DNA of 33,168 nucleotides from a virus: the UHGV virus genome UHGV-0086211; one strand, written 5' to 3'. A model generated the notes under the pieces. That model was given only the letters and a program-made list of their open reading frames with translations, was not told where the DNA came from and searched no databases. The first letter of the stretch is position 1. Each line of letters starts with the position of its first letter. Shown piece after piece: positions 24,452-33,168 of the stretch. The position numbers and the translations under genes were made by a program.

Positions 24452-25090
24452 ATGGCAAATGAAATTGAAAAGGTAAGATTTAGAGGAATTGAAGGAGCCG
24501 TAATCGCAGAAGTGACTAAGGACGACGACAGCGGTATTACATTTGGCGAAGTTACTTCGCTTATGGGTACCAGCGAAATAGGCAAGGCTGTGGATAGTAA
24601 GTCAGACACTTATTACTGTGACAACATTGCTGCTGAAACATTGACGGCAAAGGGCCCAACGACATTAAAGTTAAAAGGTACGGTTCTAGGAAACAAAGTT
24701 AAAGCACTTATCACAGGAAATTCATACATTAGCGAAAGCGATAGCATTGTTGAAGTAGCGTCACCTGATATTAAGTATTTCGCCCTGGGCTATCTATATA
24801 AGCTAACTAGCGGTCAGAGGATGCTTGTGTGGAACTACAAGGGCACTTTCGCAATTGGTGACGAAACATACGACACAGAGACAGACGGCACAGAAGCTAC
24901 AGAGCAGGAAATCACATACACAAGTATTGATACCGTGTGTAAGTTTACATTGCCGGCACCGTCAGGCACCGGTAATGTCACCAAGAGCATAAGGAACTAT
25001 ATTGTTCCTGAAAGCACGACAGTCACTGCGACTAAATTTTTCCAAAAAGTCACACTGCCAGTTGAAGCTAGCTCGGTAGCAACACAATGA
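24452..25090 (+). CDS. Major tail protein (phi13-like siphovirus)
   Basis: FRGIEG, YYCDN, YFALGY, WNYKGTF motifs. Confidence 0.88.
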   Translation: MANEIEKVRFRGIEGAVIAEVTKDDDSGITFGEVTSLMGTSEIGKAVDSKSDTYYCDNIAAETLTAKGPTTLKLKGTVLGNKVKALITGNSYISESDSIVEVASPDIKYFALGYLYKLTSGQRMLVWNYKGTFAIGDETYDTETDGTEATEQEITYTSIDTVCKFTLPAPSGTGNVTKSIRNYIVPESTTVTATKFFQKVTLPVEASSVATQ

Positions 25091-25527
25091 TTAGTTTATA
25101 TAAATTAACTTTCAAAAATGTGCTGCGTCTTTTTGAATTATGCGAATTTAACGAAACAACAGATATTGACGACTTTGCACAGAAGCTTTCCACAAACTAC
25201 CAAGAGTTGATGTCGATACTTAGCGTTGACAGCAGCGAGTTGATGTGCGCTATTCTGGAAATACAAAAGCAAATTTTTGACTATTGCAACAATAAATTAA
25301 CACCCAAAATTTCAAAGGGCGGTACAGGCGGCGACCCTGTGCCGTCCTTTTTTTTAAGTTTATGCAGCGTTAAATTCAATTCGGTTATTAATTTTAATTG
25401 CACAATTTTTGAAATCGACAACGCTCTTTTTGTTGATGTAATTGACAATGTTTCGCAGTTCTTACAAGTCAGACGCATTTCAAAAGAAAGCAACAGGGTG
25501 AGAGCTAAAGACGACGATTTATTTTAA
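25087..25527 (+). CDS. Tail assembly chaperone (single ORF spanning G and T parts)
   Basis: Only ORF between the major tail gene and the tape measure; contains in-frame T TTT TTA. Confidence 0.6.
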   Translation: MISLYKLTFKNVLRLFELCEFNETTDIDDFAQKLSTNYQELMSILSVDSSELMCAILEIQKQIFDYCNNKLTPKISKGGTGGDPVPSFFLSLCSVKFNSVINFNCTIFEIDNALFVDVIDNVSQFLQVRRISKESNRVRAKDDDLF

Positions 25528-25545
25528 GGAAGCAGGTGAGCCGAA

Positions 25546-28500
25546 ATGGCGAGAAAAGACGAAGCGTCATATAAGTATAGCATTGATATTTCAGAGCTGA
25601 AAAAGGGCATTACAGACGCTAACAGGAAGATTAAAGAGGCACAGTCAGAGTTCAGAGCTGCCAGTGCGGCTATGGAGGATTGGGAAGATACTACTGACGG
25701 GCTGGAAGCAAAGTTGAAGTCGCTGGATAAAGTGCAAGAGGAAGAGAAGAATAAACTCGCACTTGTAGAAAAGCAGTTGAAGCTGACAAACGAGCAGTAT
25801 GGCGAAAACAGTGCCCAGGCGACTAATATGCGTATTAAGCTTAATAATCAGCAAGCTGCGTTGAATAAGGTCGTTAATGAATATAACAAATATTCGCAGC
25901 GACTTGACGATGTAAGAGCTGCGGAAAAAGAAGCAACAAATGCAGCAGATGATTTAGCTGAAAGTTTTGAAGAAGCAAACGACGCAGCAAGCAAAACAGA
26001 CGGCTATACTATGGCTAAAGATGTGATGTCAAATTTAATGTCGGACGGCATTGAGAAAGTCACAGGAAAAATCAAAGATATGGTGCTTGAATTGTCTAGT
26101 GCACAATCTGCTTATAACTCTTTTTCAGCCAAGACGGGTGCTATTGGTAAAGAATACGATGAGGCTATTGATAGCCTCTACAATAACGCATACGGCAGTG
26201 ACAGGACGGCTATAGCTGAGGCAATGGCTGAGGTACAACAGCAAACTAACGAAATGGACAGCACTAAGCTTGAGGACTACACCGCAAAAGCAATGTTGCT
26301 TGAGGAAACATTCGGCTATGATGTTCAAGAAAGTATGCGGGCTGTGAATATGCTGGTTGAGCAGTTCGGCACGACTGGCGACGAAGCGTTCAATATGCTT
26401 ACACAAGCTTCACAGGCTGGACTTAACAAAAACGGCGACCTGTTAGACACAGTAAATGAATATTCTGTGCATTACAAGCAGCTGGGCTTCAGTGCGGAAG
26501 AAATGTTCAACAGTTTGCAAAACGGTACAGCTGAGGGAACATTTAGCGTCGATAAGCTAGGCGACGCTATGAAAGAGTTCGGAATCAGGACTAAAGACAC
26601 AGCGACTACTACACAAGAGGGATTCAGCCTGCTGGGCTATTCTGCCGAAGCTACGGCGGAACAAATGGAAGACGGAAGCGAGAGTGCGAGCGACAGCATT
26701 GCTGATTTACAGTCTAGGTTTGCGAAAGGCGGCGAAACTGCGAAGAAAGCGACCAACGAAGTTTTAAAAAGGCTTTTCAATATGCAGGACAAAGTCAAGC
26801 AGAATCAGGCGGGCGTTGATTTATTCGGCACAATGTGGGAAGACCTCGGCGTTGATGCTGTTAAGGCATTAACCGACACGCAAGGGGAAATCAGCAAGAC
26901 CACAGACGCTATGACTGAAATTAAAGATTTAAAATATGACGATGTAAATACTCAGCTTACCAAGATGTGGCGAGAAATTGAAACAGATTTTGTAAAGCCC
27001 GTTGTTGAAAAAGCGATTCCTGAAATCAAAAATGGCGTAGTTTGGGTGAAAGCTAACCTACCGACTATTGTGCCGGTACTAACGACGATAGCCGGGATTA
27101 TTGCAGGAATGTGGACTATAACCAAAGTCGGTAATTTTATCTCAGCTATAACATCAATAGCTACGCCAGTAGGCGCAGTTACAGCTGTAGTTGCTGCACT
27201 TGCTGCAGCCATCGGCGGCGTAGCTCTTGCGTTGCAGCAGAACAGCTTCTCACTCCCTGCCGATGTGCAAGAGCATATTGATAAAGTAAATGAGCTTAGT
27301 GACGCTTACACTAGCACCCACGAAAGCATTAAGAAAGCTGCCGACGATAACACAAGCAAATATAGCTACTACGAGGGCTTGTGGGATGAAATGCAGAAAA
27401 TTGTCGACCAAAATGGCGAAATAAAAGACGGCTATGAAGAGCACGCCCAATTTATCGCGAACGAACTTAGCGAAGCAATGGGCGAAAATGGCGAAATCAA
27501 AATTGTAGACGGCGTTGTGGAAAAGTGGAAAGAGCTGAAAGGCACTGTTGAAGATACGCTGAAATTGCAACAGGCTAAGTCGATGTTAAGCTCATATGAG
27601 GATAGCTATAGCGAGGCTGTAACGAAACAAGGCTCTGCGCAAGATAATTATAACAAAATACTTTCAGATATAAGTGCTTACGAAAAGCAGAAAGAGCAGC
27701 AACAGAATGAGCTTAAAAAACTAACGCAACAAATCAGTAATACTGATAAGCTCGATGTATATAAGTATAACAAATTAGTCACACAGAAAGTACAAACGCA
27801 AGCAAATATACGCAGAATTGACGACGCGTTAAAAAGCGGCGACAATGCACTTTATACAAAATTAAATGAAGCTGAAAAAGTTTTGTCTGGATACAATGCG
27901 ATTATCGAAAATTACGGAAGGACGCAAGAAGCGATTATTAGCGGCGACACGAAAAAGGTGCAGGAAGCTTTATCTCGGCTGAAAAATGAATTTGTTACAG
28001 CTGATTCAGGCACAAAGAAAACGCTCGAAGCACAAATACAAACTTTAACAAGTAAGTACAACGAAATGAAAGCAGCTAGTCAGGTTGAGGGTGCTAAGGT
28101 CAATAAGCAAGAGCTAACGAATATGGAATCGCTTATTAATTTAGCAAAACAAGAACTTGAAAAGTACAAAGCGACCACGCAACAGAAAACTAACGCTACG
28201 AATAAGAGTGCCAGGAAGTCAGGCGAAGAGCTTACCGAAAACCTTAAAAAAGGTATACGGCAAGGCATAAAAGACGGAAAAATAAAAAACGCTGCTGATG
28301 AATTTAAGGCAACTATCGAAAAAGAGTTAAACCGTGAATATTTCAGAAAACTTGGCACTAAAGCAGGCGAGGAAATCATCAACGGAGCTATGAAAGAACT
28401 CTCTGAACGTGGCGGAGCGTTAAACTATTTCGGTACCTGGGGATTTGCCGAACAGGCCGAAAAAGATAATTCTCAAAATCCGCTTACTTCAAATTACTAT

Positions 28501-28587
28501 AACACCGAAATTCACCAAAATTTTATGAATCAAGGATTATCGGCATTTGATGTTTACCGTAACACTAAAAATGTTTTTAACAAATAA
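25546..28587 (+). CDS. Tape measure protein
   Basis: 1013 aa helical; DLLDTVNEYS, DKLGDAMKEFGIR, LFGTMWEDLG; central hydrophobic segment. Confidence 0.95.
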   Translation: MARKDEASYKYSIDISELKKGITDANRKIKEAQSEFRAASAAMEDWEDTTDGLEAKLKSLDKVQEEEKNKLALVEKQLKLTNEQYGENSAQATNMRIKLNNQQAALNKVVNEYNKYSQRLDDVRAAEKEATNAADDLAESFEEANDAASKTDGYTMAKDVMSNLMSDGIEKVTGKIKDMVLELSSAQSAYNSFSAKTGAIGKEYDEAIDSLYNNAYGSDRTAIAEAMAEVQQQTNEMDSTKLEDYTAKAMLLEETFGYDVQESMRAVNMLVEQFGTTGDEAFNMLTQASQAGLNKNGDLLDTVNEYSVHYKQLGFSAEEMFNSLQNGTAEGTFSVDKLGDAMKEFGIRTKDTATTTQEGFSLLGYSAEATAEQMEDGSESASDSIADLQSRFAKGGETAKKATNEVLKRLFNMQDKVKQNQAGVDLFGTMWEDLGVDAVKALTDTQGEISKTTDAMTEIKDLKYDDVNTQLTKMWREIETDFVKPVVEKAIPEIKNGVVWVKANLPTIVPVLTTIAGIIAGMWTITKVGNFISAITSIATPVGAVTAVVAALAAAIGGVALALQQNSFSLPADVQEHIDKVNELSDAYTSTHESIKKAADDNTSKYSYYEGLWDEMQKIVDQNGEIKDGYEEHAQFIANELSEAMGENGEIKIVDGVVEKWKELKGTVEDTLKLQQAKSMLSSYEDSYSEAVTKQGSAQDNYNKILSDISAYEKQKEQQQNELKKLTQQISNTDKLDVYKYNKLVTQKVQTQANIRRIDDALKSGDNALYTKLNEAEKVLSGYNAIIENYGRTQEAIISGDTKKVQEALSRLKNEFVTADSGTKKTLEAQIQTLTSKYNEMKAASQVEGAKVNKQELTNMESLINLAKQELEKYKATTQQKTNATNKSARKSGEELTENLKKGIRQGIKDGKIKNAADEFKATIEKELNREYFRKLGTKAGEEIINGAMKELSERGGALNYFGTWGFAEQAEKDNSQNPLTSNYYNTEIHQNFMNQGLSAFDVYRNTKNVFNK

Positions 28588-28603
28588 GGAGGATGTATAA
28601 AAA

Positions 28604-29416
28604 ATGATAAGATTTGGCGTTACTTTACCGAGCGGACAACGCAAATGGCTCGGCGAAGAGGGGCACAAGGTCATTTTCGCCAGCGGCTTTGACAGCGTAA
28701 CAGAGCTTGCTACATCTGCTTGTGCAAACGGTGTAGGTGTGAACATCGAAGGCGACAGTAAGCCGTCCAGGATTATGCAGCTGAAAATTGTTCCGAGCGG
28801 AAATGACGCTGAGGACGGAAGATATAAGCTGTTCAATTTAATGCCTTCTGGCACAGAAAGGCGTTTCTTAATACGCACTGATACAGAAAACTATTACATA
28901 TACGCCACTGTGACGGCGTTTGAAGTAAGTCCGTTTTCTGAACAAGTGCAGAAACAAATCGTAACAGTTACTCTAACAGCGACAAATCCACTGTTTTATC
29001 TATTTACACCAGAATCGCAAACAAAAACTATTAGTGCCACAAGCCCCGCTGTTTTCAGCTGTAATAATGACGGCGAAGCAACAGGATTTAAGCTCACGGT
29101 TAAGACCAACACTACGAGCAGCAATTCAATGATGAACCCAATCGTAAAACTTGGCTCTGACACTCTGAAATTTATATTAAATATTTCCACAGGCGGCTCG
29201 TTGATAATAAATACCGTGAAGGGCAGTAAATCTGCAAAGCTCACATATTCGGCCGCTGGCGGTACGGTCGTATCTGATGTTATTCCAAAAAGGGCTGACG
29301 GCTCGACATTTATACAGCTGCCTGCACGCTCGGTTTCAAAACTCACAGTTAATGTCGAAGGAACAGGAGCGGGAACCGTCACGCTCAACTATAGACAGTG
29401 CTTTGATTTTATATAA
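28604..29416 (+). CDS. Distal tail protein (Dit)
   Basis: Follows the tape measure; beta-rich; LTATNPLFY, NNDGEATG, IINTVKG. Confidence 0.75.
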   Translation: MIRFGVTLPSGQRKWLGEEGHKVIFASGFDSVTELATSACANGVGVNIEGDSKPSRIMQLKIVPSGNDAEDGRYKLFNLMPSGTERRFLIRTDTENYYIYATVTAFEVSPFSEQVQKQIVTVTLTATNPLFYLFTPESQTKTISATSPAVFSCNNDGEATGFKLTVKTNTTSSNSMMNPIVKLGSDTLKFILNISTGGSLIINTVKGSKSAKLTYSAAGGTVVSDVIPKRADGSTFIQLPARSVSKLTVNVEGTGAGTVTLNYRQCFDFI

Positions 29417-29435
29417 TTTTCGTGGGGTGAAAAAT

Positions 29436-30491
29436 ATGGAAATGTATGTTTATGATTTAAATTTCAAATATTGTGGAATTTTGGAAGATAGTCAATGCTC
29501 TAGTATCATTTGGACTACGAATTTTTATGATTGTGACGAGTTTGAAATCAGAATGCCGTATTTTGACGGCATTCTTGAATTGATTAAGCAAGACAGGCTA
29601 TTACAGAAAGATAGTTCTGACAGGGCTATGATTATTGAAAAAATATATATCACGCAGCAGTTTAACGATGGTCAAAAAACGCCTGTTGTTAAAATCGCAG
29701 GAAGAGGAGCGGACAGCTTGCTCGACCGCCGAGTTTCTCTCGAAAACAAAGCCTATTCGGGTGCTGCGGACTATATATCACGCCGCTTGGTAATTGAGAA
29801 CATCATCTCGCCGTCGAATACTACTAGAAAAATTGATACAGTTGCATTAGGCAGCTACCCTGCCCTGACCGGTAGTGGCGAACAGTTGACGCTCGGACAG
29901 AACATAGGCGAACTCACACGCTTAATGCTCAAAGAACAGAAATTAGGGAGCTATTTTAAAACTGATTTTTCTAACAAAAAAATGTTATACACGATTTATG
30001 CAGGAAAAGATAGAACGAAGGAAAACCTGAACAAAGTCGAATTTTCGCCCGACCTTGATAATTTCTCACAAATTGAATACTATTCAGATGCTGCAACTCA
30101 GTATAATATATGTCTTGCAAAAACGGGCCCCGATGTTAACGACAACTGGACTATTGTTCCCGGTTCTAATGAAAATCTTGGTTCCGGAACTAAACGCCGC
30201 GAGGTGTGGGCAGACCTTAGCAGCTACGATGTTTCAGGCGCAGGCTCTTCAACGGCTGTTGATGTGTTAGTTTCGCCTTTGGCAGAACAAGAACTCGCAA
30301 AGAAAATAACGGAAGAAGCTATCACAGGAAATATCATTGACGGAATTCTCTATACTTACGGTAAGAATTATGAAGTTGGCGATATAGTAATATTAAACGA
30401 CGGTTACAAACATAAGCTGAATAAGCGACTTGTACAAATGATAGAGTATTATCAAAATGGGCGAAAAACCTTAACGCCGACTTTTGAATAA
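29436..30491 (+). CDS. Tail tip hub (ReqiPepy6 Gp37-like / Tal-like)
   Basis: SIIWTT.FY..DEFEI, AMIIE, LLDRR, GKDRT, FSPDLDN, YGKNYEVGDIV...TPTF. GGGGTGA RBS before ATG 29436. Confidence 0.85.
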   Translation: MEMYVYDLNFKYCGILEDSQCSSIIWTTNFYDCDEFEIRMPYFDGILELIKQDRLLQKDSSDRAMIIEKIYITQQFNDGQKTPVVKIAGRGADSLLDRRVSLENKAYSGAADYISRRLVIENIISPSNTTRKIDTVALGSYPALTGSGEQLTLGQNIGELTRLMLKEQKLGSYFKTDFSNKKMLYTIYAGKDRTKENLNKVEFSPDLDNFSQIEYYSDAATQYNICLAKTGPDVNDNWTIVPGSNENLGSGTKRREVWADLSSYDVSGAGSSTAVDVLVSPLAEQELAKKITEEAITGNIIDGILYTYGKNYEVGDIVILNDGYKHKLNKRLVQMIEYYQNGRKTLTPTFE

Positions 30492-30500
30492 CGGTATAAG

Positions 30501-30534
30501 AAAGCCCCTCAGTGACTGAGGGGCTAGTTTTTTT
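30501..30534. terminator. Terminator between the late operon and the convergent accessory operon
   Basis: AGCCCCTCAG-TGA-CTGAGGGGCT followed by a T-run. Confidence 0.85.
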
Positions 30535-31429
30535 ATATTTTGGTATCGGGTATTTTTATCGTTGAATATTCGCCGTTTTCTTGATTGTATAACCTAAATT
30601 GTCCGCCTGCCGAAGACACAGACAAGTCTGTGTCAACAAAATCGTCATTTATCTGCGGGTCAATAAGCGACTGCGTATCACCTTGTACATAATCTGACAA
30701 AATGATAAAATTATAAGTTTTTTTGTTTAGCGTTATATAATCGCATTGTATTAAGTAAGTATCTTTTGTTTTGTTTTCAACAGTAAAATAAGTGTTTAAA
30801 TCATCATAGCTTGGCTCTACTTTTACAAAATAAAAAATAAATTTATCGTCTTCGTAAATCTTCGTCCCCACTGTTGCCTCCGTCGGAGCTTCTGTAGGAG
30901 CTTCTGTCGGAGCTTCTGTAGGAGCTTCTGTTGGTGGTTCTGTTGGTGGTTCGGTAGGGGCTTCGGTCAAAGGCTCTGCCGGCGGAGCTTCAGTCGGTGG
31001 GTCGTTGAAGAATTTGTTAGCTGTGATTTTCTTGCCGTTCAGCATAATTTCTGTAACTATCAAATAATTACTTGCCGACCTGGTACTTCTTTGTGTGTCG
31101 AATTTTCCGTAAAAAGTCGCCACATCCCCGCTGTGACTTTCAAAATAATATTCCGCCGCTTCCGGAGTGCTCCGTTCTGGCTTAAACTGTGCGTACCAAG
31201 TGTTGTATTCGTCCTTGCTTTCTGCGACAAGAACAATTACGATATACCCGTCTTCGTCCTGGTATGCATACGAAATTTTACCCGTTGCACTCACTAAACC
31301 GTCATAACCTATTAACTCGCTACGCTCTGCCGTTGTGATGTCCCTAACGCCGCTGTTGCTGCCGTTACAGCCTGCACAAGATACGCAAATAAGCGCTGCT
31401 GTTGTTATGATTGCTAATAATTTTTTCAT
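30533..31429 (-). CDS. Lipoprotein with Pro/Thr/Glu linker (candidate superinfection exclusion)
   Basis: MKK, hydrophobic stretch and CAGC lipobox; two globular domains separated by TEAP/TEPP repeats; AGGAGG RBS. Confidence 0.8.
   Translation of the reverse strand: MKKLLAIITTAALICVSCAGCNGSNSGVRDITTAERSELIGYDGLVSATGKISYAYQDEDGYIVIVLVAESKDEYNTWYAQFKPERSTPEAAEYYFESHSGDVATFYGKFDTQRSTRSASNYLIVTEIMLNGKKITANKFFNDPPTEAPPAEPLTEAPTEPPTEPPTEAPTEAPTEAPTEAPTEATVGTKIYEDDKFIFYFVKVEPSYDDLNTYFTVENKTKDTYLIQCDYITLNKKTYNFIILSDYVQGDTQSLIDPQINDDFVDTDLSVSSAGGQFRLYNQENGEYSTIKIPDTKI
30872..31000 (-). repeat. 12-bp tandem repeats encoding (TEAP/TEPP)n
   Basis: About ten degenerate GGAGCTTCTGTN-type units. Confidence 0.9.
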
Positions 31430-31475
31430 AAATTTAACCCCTCCTAAAATTTATATGTGAGCAGCAGGCTCTAGG

Positions 31476-31955
31476 CTAATTATTATTCGCTATTTGAAGC
31501 AGCTTATCAACGACAAGTGTTTCAACATATTTCGCCGGCTTGTAAGTATCGCTTTCCCAGTTCTCAATCGTTCGCTGGGGAATTCCAAGTTTTTCAGACA
31601 TTCCTTTTTGAGTTAATCCAGCCTCTTGCCGGGCATATCTTATCGCATTAAATTTAATACCTTTCCTTTCACAAAAAGCCTTATGAAATTCTAGGCGATA
31701 TGTGCTATACTGTGTTGTGTCAATCAAAAACTCGGCGAGCTTATCAGGCACAAAGCATTTTACATCTTTACCATAAACAATTTGCGTTTCATTGCTCACA
31801 TAAATTTTGCAAAAGAATTTTGGTATTTGGTAATCAAGCTGTTTGGTGTCTACAAATGAAAAATGCACATATGGGTCATTTTCCCCAGTATATAGGTTGA
31901 AACAATCCTGAAAAATTCTGCTTTTTCCTAAATCTAAAACCATTATTCTAGCCAT
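31476..31955 (-). CDS. Unknown N-terminal domain plus C-terminal XRE HTH (Aca-like position)
   Basis: IRYARQEAGLTQKGMSEKLGIPQRTIENWES..KPAKYV; AGGAGG RBS. Confidence 0.85.
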   Translation of the reverse strand: MARIMVLDLGKSRIFQDCFNLYTGENDPYVHFSFVDTKQLDYQIPKFFCKIYVSNETQIVYGKDVKCFVPDKLAEFLIDTTQYSTYRLEFHKAFCERKGIKFNAIRYARQEAGLTQKGMSEKLGIPQRTIENWESDTYKPAKYVETLVVDKLLQIANNN

Positions 31956-32009
31956 ATAATTTTCCTCCTGTATTCCCCCTCCCTTATGTCGGGAGGGAGC
32001 TTTTAAAAA

Positions 32010-32339
32010 TTAAAATTTAATGTTTAATTTTTTCGCAACAGTTTTGCAGTTATACGCTTCTACAAACTGTCTGTTGAAATTTTCAATAAAATCAAATTTG
32101 TCAGTGCCGTTGTAGTAAATTTCAATTTCTTGAACAAGTTTCGACAAGTAATTTAACGCTAATTTATAATAGTCGTCTCCCTCTCTGTGTGCCGGAAGTG
32201 GAGCGCAGAATGTTCCGTACTCCTTAGTTTCGATAATGTAAAAATCCTGATTATAAACTGTAGGTCTGATTTCAATATCAACCTTGATTTCTTTTGTGTT
32301 CAATGCTCTTTTGGCTGTACAAAATTCATTAAATGTCAT
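32010..32339 (-). CDS. Hypothetical protein, accessory operon
   Basis: AAAGGAG RBS; 109 aa. Confidence 0.8.
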   Translation of the reverse strand: MTFNEFCTAKRALNTKEIKVDIEIRPTVYNQDFYIIETKEYGTFCAPLPAHREGDDYYKLALNYLSKLVQEIEIYYNGTDKFDFIENFNRQFVEAYNCKTVAKKLNIKF

Positions 32340-32367
32340 TGTTTTAATCTCCTTTAAATTTTATTTT

Positions 32368-32799
32368 TTAGTTAAGCTCTTCCTTTATTTCAATAACATC
32401 TGCGTCGGGGTCATCTTCATCAAAATTCGTATACGGTGCGATGTACCATTCCCACGCATCAATACCACTGAAATAATCACCCTCGGATAAGTCATTAAGG
32501 CTTTCATCATCGCCCAAAAGTTCCTTGTGTTCTTCTTCCGCAATTGAGCATAAGAAGATTTCGTCAAAGGTAATATACCACGAATGATATTTATATTCGA
32601 CAGAAGTTTCGCAAAATTCTTTCTGCTTTTCAAAGAAAGCTTGTGCTTCCTCTTTCGTTGAAAAGATTTTTAAAACCTGAGCCCATTCCTCTCTTCTATC
32701 GTTTCCTAGTTGGAGCAGATTTTCCGTAGTTTTTACTTTTCTGATACTTGAAGTTGAAACTTCAATATCATTTTCCTTGGTAACAAACCATTTTTCCAT
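32368..32799 (-). CDS. Highly acidic hypothetical protein, accessory operon
   Basis: AAGGAGG RBS; roughly 37 D/E versus 14 K/R by hand count. Confidence 0.8.
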   Translation of the reverse strand: MEKWFVTKENDIEVSTSSIRKVKTTENLLQLGNDRREEWAQVLKIFSTKEEAQAFFEKQKEFCETSVEYKYHSWYITFDEIFLCSIAEEEHKELLGDDESLNDLSEGDYFSGIDAWEWYIAPYTNFDEDDPDADVIEIKEELN

Positions 32800-32811
32800 A
32801 TTAATGCCTCC

Positions 32812-33114
32812 TTAATTATACATGTCCCAATGGTCTTTGAAAAGTTCGCAAGCCTTTTCGTAATCGTCTGTGTAAATAACTGCTCTGTCGTCTCCCTGCT
32901 CAACATCTTTTGAAATCAATGCAGATTTTGGTATCCACATTGTTTTCTTTTGATAACTTCCAACGCTCAACATTGCGTACACAGCTTTTTCTGTTTCTTT
33001 TAAAATTGCGAACACATAAACATCAAAATATAAATTTCTTTGCAACTCGTTTGCGATTTTGTTAGCAAGCCATTCTTTAACTATCATTTCCTTGCTTCCT
33101 ACTGTTACTGTCAT
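32812..33114 (-). CDS. Hypothetical protein with ETEKA...WIPKS motif
   Basis: AAAGGAG RBS; first gene after the junction promoter. Confidence 0.8.
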   Translation of the reverse strand: MTVTVGSKEMIVKEWLANKIANELQRNLYFDVYVFAILKETEKAVYAMLSVGSYQKKTMWIPKSALISKDVEQGDDRAVIYTDDYEKACELFKDHWDMYN

Positions 33115-33146
33115 ATTTAACAGCTCCTTTCCTTTATCTTGTCTAT

Positions 33147-33168
33147 ATTATACCACCGTGACGGCGGT
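33147..33168 (-). promoter_or_regulatory. Strong SigA promoter and palindromic operator (the -35 box is at window positions 2-7)
   Basis: Across the junction: TTGACA (7-2), 17 nt, TATAAT (33152-33147), with TGn extension. Spacer occupied by ACCACCGT-G-ACGGCGGT (33152-33168). Confidence 0.8.

Noticed and set aside
3191..29388. Numerous 60-160 aa minus-strand ORFs within the early and late operons
   Set aside because: They lie antisense to well-supported genes, and I saw no recognisable motifs in them.
29277..29435. N-terminal extension of the hub ORF overlapping Dit
   Set aside because: RBS and family-like start are at ATG 29436; no slippery site noticed that would suggest a Dit-hub fusion.
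30872..31000. Tandem repeats as a CRISPR array
   Set aside because: They are 12-bp in-frame coding repeats with no spacers.

Overview
The window looks like a complete, circular ~33.2-kb temperate siphophage genome from a low-GC Bacillota (probably Clostridia-like) host. Joining the last base to the first rebuilds a perfect TTGACA-17-TATAAT promoter. Modules in order: candidate attP and large serine integrase; lysogeny switch (short XRE repressor, divergent consensus promoters, three 15-bp operators, no recognisable Cro); early and replication genes (PAPS-reductase-family protein, YqaJ/RecT, SSB, initiator with iterons, RusA, YopX, MazG-like, adenine MTase); late activator; structured late leader with tRNA-Ile(UAU); HK97-type packaging and head genes with a second MTase inserted between terL and portal; neck, lysis and tail genes; and a leftward accessory operon. 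Most notable: (1) the head-tail connector is fused to a collagen/fibre domain, the fibre-chaperone and lysis genes sit inside the neck module, and the tail ends at the hub gene with no receptor-binding gene; (2) an unannotated 37-aa ORF behind a promoter with two SOS-box-like motifs, plus a 55-aa non-HTH protein in the cro position, both resembling the repressor C-terminal helices (candidate SinI-like antirepressors); (3) an acr-aca-like operon with a strong promoter, palindromic operator, small proteins (one very acidic), an HTH gene and a lipoprotein. All family calls are from motif recognition and gene order by eye; no database searches were run.
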